From Balanoglossus misakiensis (Eukaryota; Animalia; Hemichordata): a stretch of DNA of 64,000 bases. The stretch lies in contig CM082586.2 of NCBI GenBank assembly GCA_040954595.2, positions 7,347,337 to 7,411,336 on the forward strand, in the 5' to 3' direction. The translations under genes and the position numbers were made by a program. Below, piece by piece: positions 1 to 16,450 of the stretch. Each line of letters opens with the position of its first letter. The first letter of the stretch is position 1. The notes under the pieces are model-generated. The model was not told the DNA's origin. It saw only the letters and a program-made list of their open reading frames with translations, and did not search any database.

Positions 1-239
1 CGCCGTTATCTGTTCACGGGGACGGCTGCGTGCTCACGCGCACACCCACGGGTCAGCTCTACTGCGACCTGGTGACCCCGTCGCTCGGAGTGATCGTCGG
101 AGGGAATGGGCTAGCGGCCAAGTCGGCTGACGAGATCGGAAGAATGGGCGCCAGAATGATCATCGCTGGCAACTGGGACCACCATCTACCGCGAGAAAAG
201 TTTACAGCAAGGTTTAAAGTCGACACGTCCAAACTTTAA
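1..239 (+). CDS. 3' end (partial last exon) of an FAD-dependent oxidoreductase, DAO/sarcosine-oxidase-like, with C-terminal PTS1 (SKL)
   Basis: Frame open from base 3: PLSVHGDGCVLTRTPTGQLYCDLVTPSLGVIVGGNGLAAKSADEIGRMGA...DTSKL*. GGNGxAAKSxDEIGRxxA resembles the C-terminal FAD-binding motif of this family. GC-rich coding-like composition, stop at 237-239. Confidence 0.7.
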   Translation, partial: PLSVHGDGCVLTRTPTGQLYCDLVTPSLGVIVGGNGLAAKSADEIGRMGARMIIAGNWDHHLPREKFTARFKVDTSKL

Positions 240-1214
240 AGGGCGGGTGTCGTCCCGTCTGCGGCTGCGCATGCGGCGAACAAAGCACATCAGACACAGA
301 ATGCATCTGCTATCTAATCGTCTTGTTTTGAGAGACAGGCTGTTTTTTTATCTCATTGATGTTATTTTAATAAAAAAGTACTTGCGAACAGCTTAGCAAT
401 TAATCCCGGCTAAATCGTCTTCCGAGGAGAGCAATAAATATAATAATGAATTATATTGTCATAAAAACACGCTTTTGGATTAAGCGGATAATCAAATATA
501 CTTTAATCCCAATTGCCGAATGGATTCCAATTTTTATTTAAAAAAGACCGATCTCGTTTTGATTAATCCCTGCGCTCTAATGAAAAACGTGTGGTTTGAT
601 TGAGTGAATTACAGAAGTTTTTGTGGGACAAGGTTACATAGACGCTTTAATTCTAAAATAATTGCACAGTGGAAAAGCCAGACCAGCCTACTCCCTTGTC
701 GTGCGGTCAGATGTGGAAAATACCGGGACAGAGCAGTACCTCTATGATATTATATATATTAAGAAAATTACACGTTGTATGAACCTCGGAGACAAATTTC
801 CAGAAAATTTAATGTTCTCCAAACATCCAAGTTCTTTACTATTAATATTAAAGTGTCTAGGGACTCTTTTTGAGAACATGGTGTTCCTCACCGTCTTATC
901 TTCATTGAAAAAAAACATTGCTTTATATTTAATTCTCCATAGAGTTAACACAGAAATTTTCGGCCATTTTGAATTTCAAATTTGAGACAATTTTGCTCTC
1001 TTTTTCAAAATTATGCAGGGTGACTCCAAATTCGTATTCTCAACTTTCAAAGAGAATAACATAAAATTACCGCGAGCAAAATATGAGAGAGAGAACGTTT
1101 ATGTACCGCCTATCTTCACCGTCGACATACACGCGTGTAACATCCGGTATGTATATTAATCTCTAGCTGTATTCATTCACTGATTTGCATATTTATCAGA
1201 TATATATTCCCTGA

Positions 1215-1314
1215 ATGACACGTGAGTGACAGACATCCGTGCGATTGTCGAACTCAAACAACACTGAAGCCATTCGTTGTCATATACTCAGTTAACGACA
1301 CACACGACTAACAG
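1215..1314 (+). promoter_or_regulatory. Probable non-coding first exon/promoter of the GFUS-like gene
   Basis: Strong donor CAG|GTAAGA at 1314/1315. Acceptor at 1474-1475 lies just before ATG 1479. CACGTG E-box near 1219. Start coordinate approximate. Confidence 0.45.
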
Positions 1315-1442
1315 GTAAGATTTTATTCATCAAGATATCAATTCCATTCTTGGTAAGTTGCATTTTAAGAAATACTTAACGGTCACTGAATGTAAAATTT
1401 ACTTCGGTAAAATTGAAAGGGTTCTTTGCTTCCTTATCTTAA

Positions 1443-4560
<3,118 letters not shown>

Positions 4561-7500
4561 CTTTTCAAAGTCGAAGGAGCATGCGTCGACGACGGGTGCG
4601 CACGCACGTTGACGATGGAAGTCTTACCGTCTGCCCACACTGTGATGGCTTCGCAAAAAAAAAATAGGATTTAAGAAACATTTTGGGGGGTTGGGTTTAA
4701 GCGAAATAGTTCATACGTACGCTTGTGGCAGCCAAACTTGGATAAGAATTACAGATTTAGGCGTAATAGTGTATAAATCGTGTATAGATTAGCCCATACA
4801 TACATACATACATGCATACATCCTGGAACCGTGTTAGCCGTCATGATACCTCCTGACGATGGCGCCCTCCAAAAATTAGCAAAACTTCAAATCTGGTACG
4901 CTGTCACCTGATCAGAAAAGACCCAATCAGACATTTGAGAAATCACGCCCTCGTAAGGCAGCTACTAGTATGCAGAAATATTTTCGGGTTCTACTGACGA
5001 CACCATCCCTCTGGGAATCTCGCGATTGAATGATTCTCTGCTCGCTCGCACAACTTTTCAACCACGGTCCACCGATGCTCCTAGCAACTTCAGTTGGCCT
5101 TTGACCTCCGCTGAGTCCTCGTGAGATTCGAGCCTCCTCTCGGCGCGCACTCCACCAGTCTCTCCTAATATCGCATGACGTCAGAGCATTCATATCATGC
5201 CAACGTTTCAGCGATACGGTAGATCTACTCCGGAGAGCTGTACAAATGTGTATATAATATGTTTACCGAGTACCTGTCCGTGTCATAAAAACTCAACTCG
5301 AAATTGGGTCTACATGTATTGAGACATATACCAGACTAAGTGGCTACATAACTCCGTCTCAACCTCTGCTATGACGTCAATCTTTACGACCCCTTAGAGT
5401 CCCCGTAAAACGGATTTTCGTGTGAATGCGTTCTGCATAACATGAAATGTTGTATTTTTGTTATGCCCTTTTTCGTGTGACGACTTATGAAAAATCGCAA
5501 AATATGATAATGCAACCACGTGACACTTAAGGAAGCTTAGTTGTTGGACGTCTGTACATTTGCAATCAAGTTTTCTGTGAGAATTCAAGACCCGATATTT
5601 ATGTGATCGGAACTGCCCGGGAGAGGGGGGGGGGCTGAATCTTAGACCTAAATCGTTACTTGGCAAATAAATTCCAAGTTGGAAGTTTGCCCGTGGTTTT
5701 ACATTGTGCGGGTTGTGTAGGTTTCAAGATCAAGGGCTACAGTCACGGTATAGACTGATAGGTACGCTGGGTAGGTAAACTTTACTGGCGAGGAGTGACA
5801 ATGTGTTGTTGACGAAAGAATTTATAATGGGAAGTTGATCAAGGCAGAACCACAGGCACCTGCAAATGTCGAACGGACCTTTAGTATATAGGCCTATTAC
5901 ATGTACTAGTATACGACAGAGGCCGTTCGACATTCTCAGTCACCTGTGTTCAGGACAATGTTCAGATCGCGACTAATTATATATAAACGTGGCACTTGCC
6001 ATGGGCCAACCAACGCTGACATACATACATATATAAACCCAGATTACGACGAAATGAAGTGTAAAAATAGGAGCACACACCGCGTCCCGGTTCTTTCCCT
6101 TAGGTGACGTTGCCAAGGAGACGCAGAAAACAAGTTCGCGACAAAGGTCACGATGGAATCCAGCGCACGGTCATCGCACCGCAACCAATGCCACCGGTTC
6201 AAAGTACAGAAATACAGACAACAGGGGTAAATTCAGCTTAGATTAAGTCTTACCTCAAGAGGAATGTAAAACTTACAAACTAGCATGAAAAATAGAAGCG
6301 GGACTAAATGCATCTTGTAAGGCGATACTTCACAATGCTTTATTGTTGAACACGTTACTGAATCGATTAAAAGTGCTTTTAGCTAGTGGCAATAATATAC
6401 ATCGAATAAAATACACAATATAAAGATTTCTTTAGATACAAAAAAACTTCAATAATGGGAAAGTGGATTTTCCACTTGGGCTATTGTGACTGCTGCGTCA
6501 TAAAATGCATCCATTATATCAGCTGGACGGAGCAGTTAAGGGCAATATAAAAAATACTGTTGGTAGCGTTTTGGTGGAGCCAGGCAAGAGAAACTATTCG
6601 TTTCACGGAGAATCGGAAGTTGTTTGTGTCCGATTTAGAAGGTCGCTTTCTACGAATGGGATCACTTGCAGTCGTGTGTGGAATGACAGCGAGATCCGCT
6701 TCGTGATACAATAAAGGCATTGGATTTATGACTCTCGCGCTCAACAGGTGGTCAATGGTCTTTGTTGAGTCCCTTTTGGTTGTGAGAACGACTCTCTCGA
6801 AAAACGAATAGTTTCCTTTCTTGTCTCGGTTGCTACTACACTCCTTCTGAATAAATACATTACCTACATCATTGTGGAGTGTTCCTAATTACATAATTGA
6901 CTGATTGTATGTATACAATAACTTGACAATAAATAAGACGTTATGGCACTAGAAAGGGGTTGGCAGCACCGTCGTGACTTCTCGGCCGCTGAATTTAGCG
7001 CTCGAGTCGGCGGGAAAAATGGCCGTTCCCACGGAAACGGGAGGGTGGCGGCGAGATACGTACTACGGGTCACGGCATGCGATCGGTGGTTTTTTATAAA
7101 CGTTTGTTTGGTTGTGAGAAGATTGTGACTTAAAACTGGAGATAATTCCGATCGACGTCCTTTCTCGTGATTTGAAACAGAGATCACGCTTTGCTATTGT
7201 TCGCGGCCGACCCCGCTTTCTCCCGAATGCACGACTTGGTCACCCGCCAGTGGTTTCGTACACGTGTTTTTGTAATGGAACGCGCCGGGGGCCGTCACAA
7301 AATATCGGCTGCAGCAGCGCAATAAAATACCGTTGACGTCACAACCAGGTTTTGTTTCGAAGCAAGCTTTAGTTCTCCCGACCACCTAAAACAAAATAAA
7401 CGTAGAAAACTTCCATTCGTGGAATTGTTACTTAATGAATGGCATAATTCACATTTTTAGTGTTTTGTCTGGGAGACGCTTTAAGACGCTCCCTCGACTG

Positions 7501-7896
7501 ACATGTCCGAACAGGGTCTTGGTAGAAAACAACGGAATTCGAATCAATTGTCATCGAACAATGGCGTCAACGTCATTTGTCCAAACAGTGACTTCGCTCA
7601 TCTTGTCTCTTCGTTTGTCACTGTAAAAAGTGACTTCCGTCCTGGACGAACACAATTCTAGTCAATGATTCGCAGTATACGGGGAATCCGGACGCTGATC
7701 CCTTCCCCTGTAGACGGAAAATCCCCTGAGCAATGATAATCAGATATCTCCTACGAGTGTCCGTTTTCTAGGTATTGGGTGATAGAATGTACTGCATAGC
7801 GGACGGACACAGACTCGTGGGGGAATTCTCCGAAGTAGTAAATGTGGAAATTATTGTCGGTTTGCCAGGTACACAGAGATTGGTGACGTCACGGGT

Positions 7897-9063
7897 TCAG
7901 TCGCCAGGGTAAATAATTCTGATTGCCGTTTCCGCGGTTTCGTCATCCTCGATCACATTCTCGGGGATGATTTTCGAGCCGTGCTCAACACCCAAGAGCC
8001 ATTGAATAATTCTGGTGTTCGTTTCCTCGTCAATGTCCGCACTGCCTTGAGTCTGTTCAAAGTTTGTTTTCCCCGTGGCGTTGTTTTCTTCTTCGTTTGT
8101 TGTTGTTCCATCGTTCTCTTGCCCGTACCTGCCCTGCTCGGCCGATTTCGGCGAGCTGCCCTCGGAGATGGAGTTCCTTTCGTTCTCTATCTCGTTTGAT
8201 GTGTAGGAATCGGGTATCGGCGATCGCTTCGTCGGCGTTGTCGTCCCCGTTGAGTTGGCGATGGCCAGTTTCAGCGTCTCGTGAGGCACGCTCTTGCGCC
8301 GCGCCGCCGGTCCGTAACTGTAGAGTCTGGCGGGCGTCGAGGCCCTCCTCGGCAGTGTGGTGCTGAGTTCTGACCCACTGCTGTTACTCGTCCGTTTCAC
8401 CGGCGAACTGAGCCTCTCAAAAACATTCTGGTTTTTATCGACTGTCCTGAATGGGGATTCCGATCGAGGTCGCGGTGTCGGTCTCTCCGCGCGCCCCACG
8501 TGAAAGTCTGTATCCGGGGCACTGTGTGTGCTGAGCGACGATACGCTCTGCACCGGTCGAAGCGTCGGGGACCGCTTTTTCTGTTTCTGAACCGGCAGCG
8601 CATTTTCATCGCGGGAAGATTTCCTCGCGATCGCCGATTTCCTGGCTCTCGGCCGCGCCGTCATCGCCACGCTGCCGGGTCGCGCACTCAGCGGCGGGAG
8701 CTCCACGCTCTTGCCGGCGATCTCCGGGGCGCTGCACCGTCGTCTCCGCAGGGCCTCGAAGCTCGGGACCAGAGACTGTCCCCTCGCGCTCTTCTCGACC
8801 ACCGGCTCCAGCGCCTTCAAGGTGACGTTCGGGTGGCCACTGGTGAAATTCCTCAGAAAGGAGCCGCTGTTACGGGGCGTGTTGGCCGCCGCGGTGCCGG
8901 CGTCCGGTCGGGCCGACGGGCACCGCTGGATGTTCAGTCGGTTGGCTTGTTTCTCCAGCATAGTGTCGAACGCGGACGTCTCGCTGCTGCTGCTGACTGC
9001 TGACTCACTCCTGATCGCTCCGAGCTTTATACCGTCCGTCGTGAGCGGGGTAGCGCAATTCAT
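7897..9063 (-). CDS. Uncharacterised Ser/Pro/Arg-rich, probably disordered protein (about 388 aa), single coding exon
   Basis: Long GC-rich ORF in an AT-rich background, first ATG at 9063 (MNCATPL...). Upstream acceptor ...GTGTGCCAG| puts the exon start at 9312. Many RRxS/RKxS kinase motifs, VFERLSSP motif, acidic C-terminus ending RIIQWLLGVE...TAIRIIYPGD*. Confidence 0.8.
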   Translation of the reverse strand: MNCATPLTTDGIKLGAIRSESAVSSSSETSAFDTMLEKQANRLNIQRCPSARPDAGTAAANTPRNSGSFLRNFTSGHPNVTLKALEPVVEKSARGQSLVPSFEALRRRRCSAPEIAGKSVELPPLSARPGSVAMTARPRARKSAIARKSSRDENALPVQKQKKRSPTLRPVQSVSSLSTHSAPDTDFHVGRAERPTPRPRSESPFRTVDKNQNVFERLSSPVKRTSNSSGSELSTTLPRRASTPARLYSYGPAARRKSVPHETLKLAIANSTGTTTPTKRSPIPDSYTSNEIENERNSISEGSSPKSAEQGRYGQENDGTTTNEEENNATGKTNFEQTQGSADIDEETNTRIIQWLLGVEHGSKIIPENVIEDDETAETAIRIIYPGD

Positions 9064-12000
9064 GGCAGGGTACGGTTCCCACACCGTGACAACGTCGAGT
9101 CACACGTCACTGCGGTGACTCTCTTGGCAACATTGGCATGCTGACAGCGACACGGACACCCAAACTGACTTCCACTCCAAACTGGTTCCTATACAAGTAC
9201 ACGTACTCCTGCGACACACACAGGTGTCAGCAATCACCGACTCCCGGTATCTCGTTTACGGCTCCCGGAGGCACTTGGAATCCTCGCTGTTTTCAGTGGC
9301 TCTCCCTGTAGCCTGGCACACGAAACAAAACAAACAAGGTGACTTAGATGAATTGTAATGCATCCATGTATACAGCTACTGTTAAAATGTTCTGCCAAAG
9401 ACTATCACTGCCTCCGCTGTACAAACACTTTCCAGGGTAATTTACATGACAATACGCGATCAACCCTGCGTAGCAAAACAGAGCATTTTTAGATTCGGCG
9501 TCTCCCCGTTACATTGCTCCCAAATGACGAAGCAAATATGCTAAGTGTCAGTCTAAATACGGTATCACCGTTATATGCACTGTCAACGCCGGACTAAAGG
9601 GAGAAACGGGTTCTAACAAAAAACCCTGTTCACACACACAAACGAAAAAAAAATCGCTTGACAAAAGCCCGGCGATCGGACCAATTGCGTGTGTGTTTTA
9701 AGCAATCCGTGAAACACCCACACTGCTGTATTGGGTCTTTTCTTTTCAAGCGATGTATGTCCCGCGGGTGTGTAGAGCATGCAAAAAGAGAAGGCCGGCT
9801 AAGTAAAGGAACCACCGAATACAACTACTGTCTGGTTTCAGTCAAACAGAGAAATCAGGGGAAGAGTTTTACATATGCCCCGCCCGTGACTTGAATACAA
9901 ACTCGACAGAAACCGTTACCCTTGCGTCCCCGGCCAACTTCTCCGCTGGACAGGAGTTCACGAGTGCCCGTTGTTATTGAACACAAACAAGGCCAATTTC
10001 ACAGGTTGACCCCCTTTTATTTGTTAACCTTGATACATGACACTTGTTTTTAACACTCCTGTATCAGATAAAACTCTGACATATTTGCTCAATACGTGTT
10101 CCGCTCACAAATTTCAAAGTGTTCCGTTGAAATGTATGAATAGGCAATGGCGGGCAATATTTAAGAACGCTATAGCCAGTGGAGAAAAACTAATGTATTG
10201 ATTTTTATGGAAACAAGACAGCGAACAATATGTTTTATTCGCTGTGTCCAAAAAGACGTCCCAAGCACTTTAATATTTCAAAGAATTCAAAGGTTTTTCA
10301 GGATCCTAAAATCTGTGCCCGAGGTACATAACCTACTACCTTTAACCACATACTCGCGGAGAAACCTCATGTTTCTTGTCAAGGCTGCACGACAGCTGTT
10401 GAAGGACCATTAAACGCATTTAATGAGACGGCTTCGGAATGACAAAGAGGTGCCTCTCTGGCAAGGCACCTAAGGTGTGTCGCTCAAAGACATTTTGTCA
10501 CGGAAAACGTCATCTCGAGCGCGGGCAGAAAATGGAGCGAACACTACCTGTACCTATGTTGTACGCGAAGGAGAACTTAAACTAAAAAAAATTTAGACCG
10601 AAAATAGCGCGAGAAGAATACCTAGAGGTAAACAACGCGAGAGAGAGAGAGAGAGGGAGGGTTTCGTTACAGCAGACGGTAAACTTTCGCGGTTCCGCAC
10701 CATTTAGGCGGGAACTCATTAGTGTCGCATTAACGCAAGGTTATAGACCGAACTTCTCTAATTCAGAGATACTCGATCATGCCACTGATCGATCGTTTTG
10801 ACAAAATTGTGTCTTAATATCTCCACCGTAATTGCTCAAACTGGTCTACGTTGTATGTAGGGGGGCTGCGTAGTTGACACCGGCGCCATTTTCTCCATTC
10901 CACTTATCTGGGAAGGAGCATTTGCTGAATAGCTTGGCAGAAAAGAATTTGTCTCTCGCATCGCCTTCTCACATGATGCTTTATGACAACAGTGAAATTG
11001 CACCGCATCAAAGATGTTTCCAGTCGGGGAAGCATTGTTTCAAATATGTTAATTACCCTCAAATTGATGTGTCGCTTTAAACTGTTATGTAAAAACACAC
11101 TACCAGCGGAGGAAATGTAAAACTGAAAAATCGATTTCTGAATGTCAAGAAATGTGCTTTTTCCACTCTTAAGTCCCCCTTAAGTGTATTTGTCCAGAAA
11201 CAGTGGCCGTAGTGTAGTTTGCGCTCTATTTAAAGTAAAGATCTTAGAGTCAGGCTGCGAAATACAAACACTGAGCGTGGTTTCTAGGGTTTACGGCCCG
11301 TTTTGTGATTCCCCCCGCATGTGTGATATAGTTCAGTTGACGTGAAGAAGCGGGGTGGTAATCCGACGACAGTTCCATTATTGTCTGTCGAACTTCTATT
11401 TCTTCTCCATACACGTGCAGTTTCTGCAGTTGGAGAAAAAAATCGCCCTTTCACGTTCTGGACTTAGCTAAGGGCGACACCTGATTATGTTTTTCACTGC
11501 TTGGCTGGCGTCTTGTTTGTTTGCACCATCTGACCACAAAAATCACCAGGCAAGACATTACTGACCGACTTCCTAACATCGACTCCTTAATTTCAAATGT
11601 TGTCCACAACGAAAGTACCAGCAAAGGGGAACAAAACTTCAAACTGTCAAATCTTTGCTCAGTGTTCTCCCCTTTGAAAGAACCCCGTTATTTGCCAAAA
11701 CTTTTACCGTCGAGACCTATCTGGGCAGGAAGCTCCATACTGACATATTGTCCAAAAGTCACCTCGAAAATAAAATAAACGTGATCAGAGAGGATAGCGG
11801 CAAAACAGCTAATTTCCTAACAATAATTGTGTAATATCGATGATTTACTTTCTAGACCCATCTGATCTTACCTCTAAGTGGGTAAGCGGCAACTTCTTCA
11901 CCACTCACGTTGAAGACAGAGCCACAGGTTCTGATCAGAAGTTAACACTACTAATGAAGCCGAAAACAGACAAACCTATATACCCACACCATCGGCGATC

Positions 12001-15000
12001 CCGGACAAACAGCCCCGTTAAATTTGTTTAGGATTTTGTTACAGTGGCTGCAGAACACAAAGGGAGATTGCTATCCGGCGGAGGACTTGCAATGGATTCA
12101 ATCGCTCTTAATGGTTTGTAAATTTTGAGCAGAGAAAATATCTCAGGGGCCTCGCTGGTGTGAGGAGTCGGTGGGGCGGACCGGTCGTTAACGCGGGGCT
12201 GTGGATGACTTAAACTGACCCCGGGAAAGATTCTGGAATGAAGAGCGGCATTTAAAGTTACAGCCACTGGATGTGATGTTTTTAGTCTTTGTGGCAAGTG
12301 AGACGGGGAGGCGTTTCTGGAATCACTGAGCTCGCCAGTCAATCAAAAACGCAAACCACGTCGCGGTTCCGCGCTCAAATTACGGCTACCCGAATTCCTC
12401 GCCTCCATCGCACAATTAGCACCCAAACACGAAAGCAGGCTACCCCTGAAAAGTCTCTTGTTGCAGCCAGAAATGCAAAAGAGCGCGCAATTGTAGTCGG
12501 AGCGGTCTCTAAGGCCCGGCGAGGGTTTCTTTCGCGCATTGTGGGAAGCTCATCAAATCACCGCGCCGACCGACATTGTTCAGTGGTCGTCCCAAGCATA
12601 CTGGCGATAATGCTTTTACGCACATCGTAGAATATACTTAGAAGACGAATTAAGGATATCGCCACAGTCTTTGACTGGAGTGGGTGATTTCCATCGAACA
12701 AATACTTAATTATATGTGCACCCCGAGGGCCAATTTCGCCCACTTTAAAGAACGCATGGGTGCAAACGAGGTTTGGCGGGTAAACAATAAAACAGACCTG
12801 AGCGAGTTTCAAAACAGGTTAAAAGAAAAGGAAATATGCGATTCTTCAGAAATGTTACGTCATTCGTTATACTCCGCGAACCAATCTGAGCATATCACGA
12901 TCAGTACATTCCTGAGACAGACTTCACATTGAGAAGTGAAAGTTGGTTGAAATTGGACTTTGTCAATGTGTTCCTGATAAGAGTCTGTCCTCACAATGTG
13001 CTCTGCGTGTAAGAGTGACTTCTCAGCTAGACCTCGTCTGTTAGGCCACCACACAATTTTCTCCGGCCCACAATGATCGTTAAAACTTCCAAGTATATAC
13101 ACTATATTTATTCACTTCCACCTAACGTAACCTCAAAGAGACATTTAAGAACTTTTACAGTCAATAACTGAGCTAACAGTCATCGAAATAGTATTTCACC
13201 AAGGTGAACGTTTTCAAGTTGTAGGGCAAGTGTCTTTCGCGCCGATATGCACCAGTGAGCGACGTCGACAGATGCTGTAATTTTCGTTCTGCCCACGAAA
13301 CATCGCGGGACATTACACCCGCCATGTCACGCCCGACCGACCAAGGCATGACTTTTCAAAGAATGACAAGGTGCCCCAACTTCATCTGCTTGTTGAGTGC
13401 ACGGTTGATGTACCCCTTTCAAGCATCTGCTCTCCACTCGAAGTTATATTGTCGACCTTAATTCACGGACCCCGTATTTGTTGACTCCTACTCAGGCAGC
13501 AGAAGTTTTGCATTTGGCAAAATGTTAAACTTGGGCGATTTTTTTAAGATCATGAAGTCTACCCTGATGTTACTTTCTTGACCACATATGGTCACTGTGA
13601 AAGCTACCGGTCACTGCCCTTGTATAGGTACACTAATGTACCAAGGGCCCGACAAAGGCAAGCAATTTGTTTAATTGGATGAACGTAACAGTTTCCTGTC
13701 CCTTCTTATTAGTAATTAGGCAAACCTGGTTAATTATCCCCATTTACCACCCCATTGTTCCTGGAAGTGTCCGTGAGACAATGACGTGTAACTGTATCCA
13801 TTTGTCAGTTTCCATGGATACTGACATAAACAATAACACGGGTCCTTTGTGACGCCAGAAGTTTTGTGGGCGACACTGATTCAGAGATGTCACGCAGATT
13901 AGTCCTTGTAGTATCCAGACTCCGTTTCGCTTCGGTGCTTCTCGAAAACCGACCTCGTTTGTCAGCTCCTTAATCCTAGTCTGAGACAAGTTCTTATTTC
14001 TTTTTGACAAATTTGCTCTCACTGTGAAGGTTAAGATTACGAACTTTTGAAGTTTAATACATGTAAACTAAACGCATTCGCTCTAATTTGAGAAGAAATC
14101 GCGTCTCAACGAATGTAATTATTTGAAAGAAAACGAACTTCAAAGTTCTTGTGTTCTATGTACACTTACTTCACGCCCTTTATTTGAATCCGTTTGCAAA
14201 AGAACATAGATGACTCACTCTTTTCATTGTCAATTTGCTATTTTATGTTGATGGCATTGATATCCCGGCAAATCATTACAAAAGACAAACAAACAACTTG
14301 AAATAAGACAATCGTCACGGAAGAAGCTCTCATAATTTTGACAATCACCTGAACTACAGTGGTGGTTGAATTGCATACCAGGCCACGTTTGAATTCCTTT
14401 ACTGTTGCGGTTCAAAGTACTTTCAAATTATACTACAAGCAGCCGTCTTATCAGAAATTCTTCGTGTTTATAAACTCAGCTATCGGTTGCTACTTCACTT
14501 GTACCGTAGACGAGAATGTAAACACGGCCACGCATCCCATTCAGACGTCGTTGTGCTGTTTCTTCGACTGCCAGCTTACACACTGGCGGAACAAAATAAC
14601 ATTTGTGTTGGGCTTTGTCAGCTTTGAACGCTTTGGATATTGGCGGGAAAGCGAGCAGGTCTGTGGAGTGCAACAAGTCCCTAAACCCGCGTCCATTTTC
14701 ACGGGTTTTCGTCACTAAAGACTTACACTTCCAATTATGACGGAACGACAATTTTGGGCACAAGCAATTTCCGTAATAAAACCCCCTTTCAAAACAGGCT
14801 TCGTTTTGGCCAACAGTAACTGAACAGCTGAATTGTCCCCCCCCCCTTTGTTTACCATTAAAAAGTTCCTTGCGCAGACAAAGGATCCGAATCTATAGAA
14901 ATGCCCCCGTCAACAAACACGGGCCTTTAATTCATGGTCCTAATTGCCCGAATTGTAATTATTCTGTTATTTTAAGTAGCTTCAACAAATAAATAAACAC

Positions 15001-15836
15001 ATAAACAAAGACCGGGCGTGATGCCAAATCCCTTGTAAAATGTGTATTTTCCCAACGTGTACCCCTTTCCTAATTGCTCTACGATCATACATTAACGTTA
15101 CCTAACGCTACCAAACTCTAAGTAGCTTGTTTACTGTATTGATGAACGTCCACGCACTGTTTATCGACTGGCCACCCCGAAGTTTACCGAACAAGACAAT
15201 CCGAAAGGCACACCAAGAAAACGGGATACAGTTACTATTTTCGTCGCTTTGTTTGCGTCCACCGATTGAAATGGGTCGTTCCGTACACAAAATTACCAAG
15301 ATCATTAAACCTTAAGTAGGGCACTCTACTAAAAAGGTATACGTAACCATAATATATTTACATGACATAAGATACACTTTCCATTACATGAATACGCTGC
15401 CGGTTTGTTATTAAGACTCTGAGGACATGGGGAATCGATTTGCTAAGAGACATTGTATTGGATCTTGGTCTTTATGAAAATTAACATAAACATTAATACA
15501 GATCAATACCTAATAACCAACGTGAAAAACACGTGCCTCTCTGTGTATTTTATCATTATCATATTTGGTTATTTTGCGTCATACATAAACAATCGCGCAT
15601 GTGTCTGATCGCGTGCGCTGGTTGACGGGACCATCATCGCCCGCCAAGTTCTCGCCAAACTTTCTCTTAGTGTAGACTTCACCTGCTAACCAGCCCCTTG
15701 TGGCAATTGTCAGATATGTCACAACATTCGCTTAGCCATGAAGGAAAATCCTACAATGCTCTTAACGTTTCATTGTTTCAGGATTTCGCGTTTGCCAAGT
15801 ACAGAGGCAAGACCAATTTATTTGGACAGGGCTTAC

Positions 15837-16450
15837 TTTCGGAGCTGTTGTGTTTGAACTAGATTTGGCGTTCTTTTTTTAAAAACCAGTTGACTTAGCC
15901 TCGACTTTGAGAATAAAAAAAGCCTCATACGGACTGGTTTCTTCTGACAATCGCGCAGGTGTCGCTGATAGAGTTGGTTTGTGTACACACAGTGGTCGTT
16001 GGCGCGTCTTTTGATCAGTGTTTGGTAGAGAGTGGTTACTTTCATGGTGAGTTTTGGCGTTTTGTCAAACTTTTTGACGAAACACAGTCCTGGACTGGAC
16101 GTGGCAGGACCGTACACTCACTGTACGGCCACGTGTTTGCAATGCCAACAAACGTTCGAGTGCTGTTCGCAGGAGTTGACTGCGGTGTGTTATTTTCACA
16201 CGCTCAGAAAACAGCGGCGCGATTATCATGACAATAGGTGTTGAGTACAGTCGTTCGGTATCTGAACCGGATTGGACGACACAAATGCGTCACCACCTGG
16301 TAGTGGTTACTGACCAATCCGATTTTTGTGAGTCTGATAGTATTAAGATTAAGTAGCTAATCACCATTTTAGATTAAATGAACACCTGTAATGTAACTTC
16401 TACTCGTCTGATTGGCTAAGGTTGAACACGTGGATTTTACACGTGGCACG
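15837..16450 (-). promoter_or_regulatory. Candidate promoter and non-coding first exon of the 7897-9063 gene
   Basis: Minus-strand donor AAA|GTAAGC at 15837/15836. Cluster of CCAAT boxes (about 16270, 16314, 16410) and CACGTG E-boxes (about 16427, 16440). Link to the gene is inference only. Confidence 0.3.

Noticed and set aside
7981-9118. Four overlapping + strand ORFs (72-167 aa)
   Set aside because: Antisense shadows of the GC-rich minus-strand coding exon, with no independent motifs.
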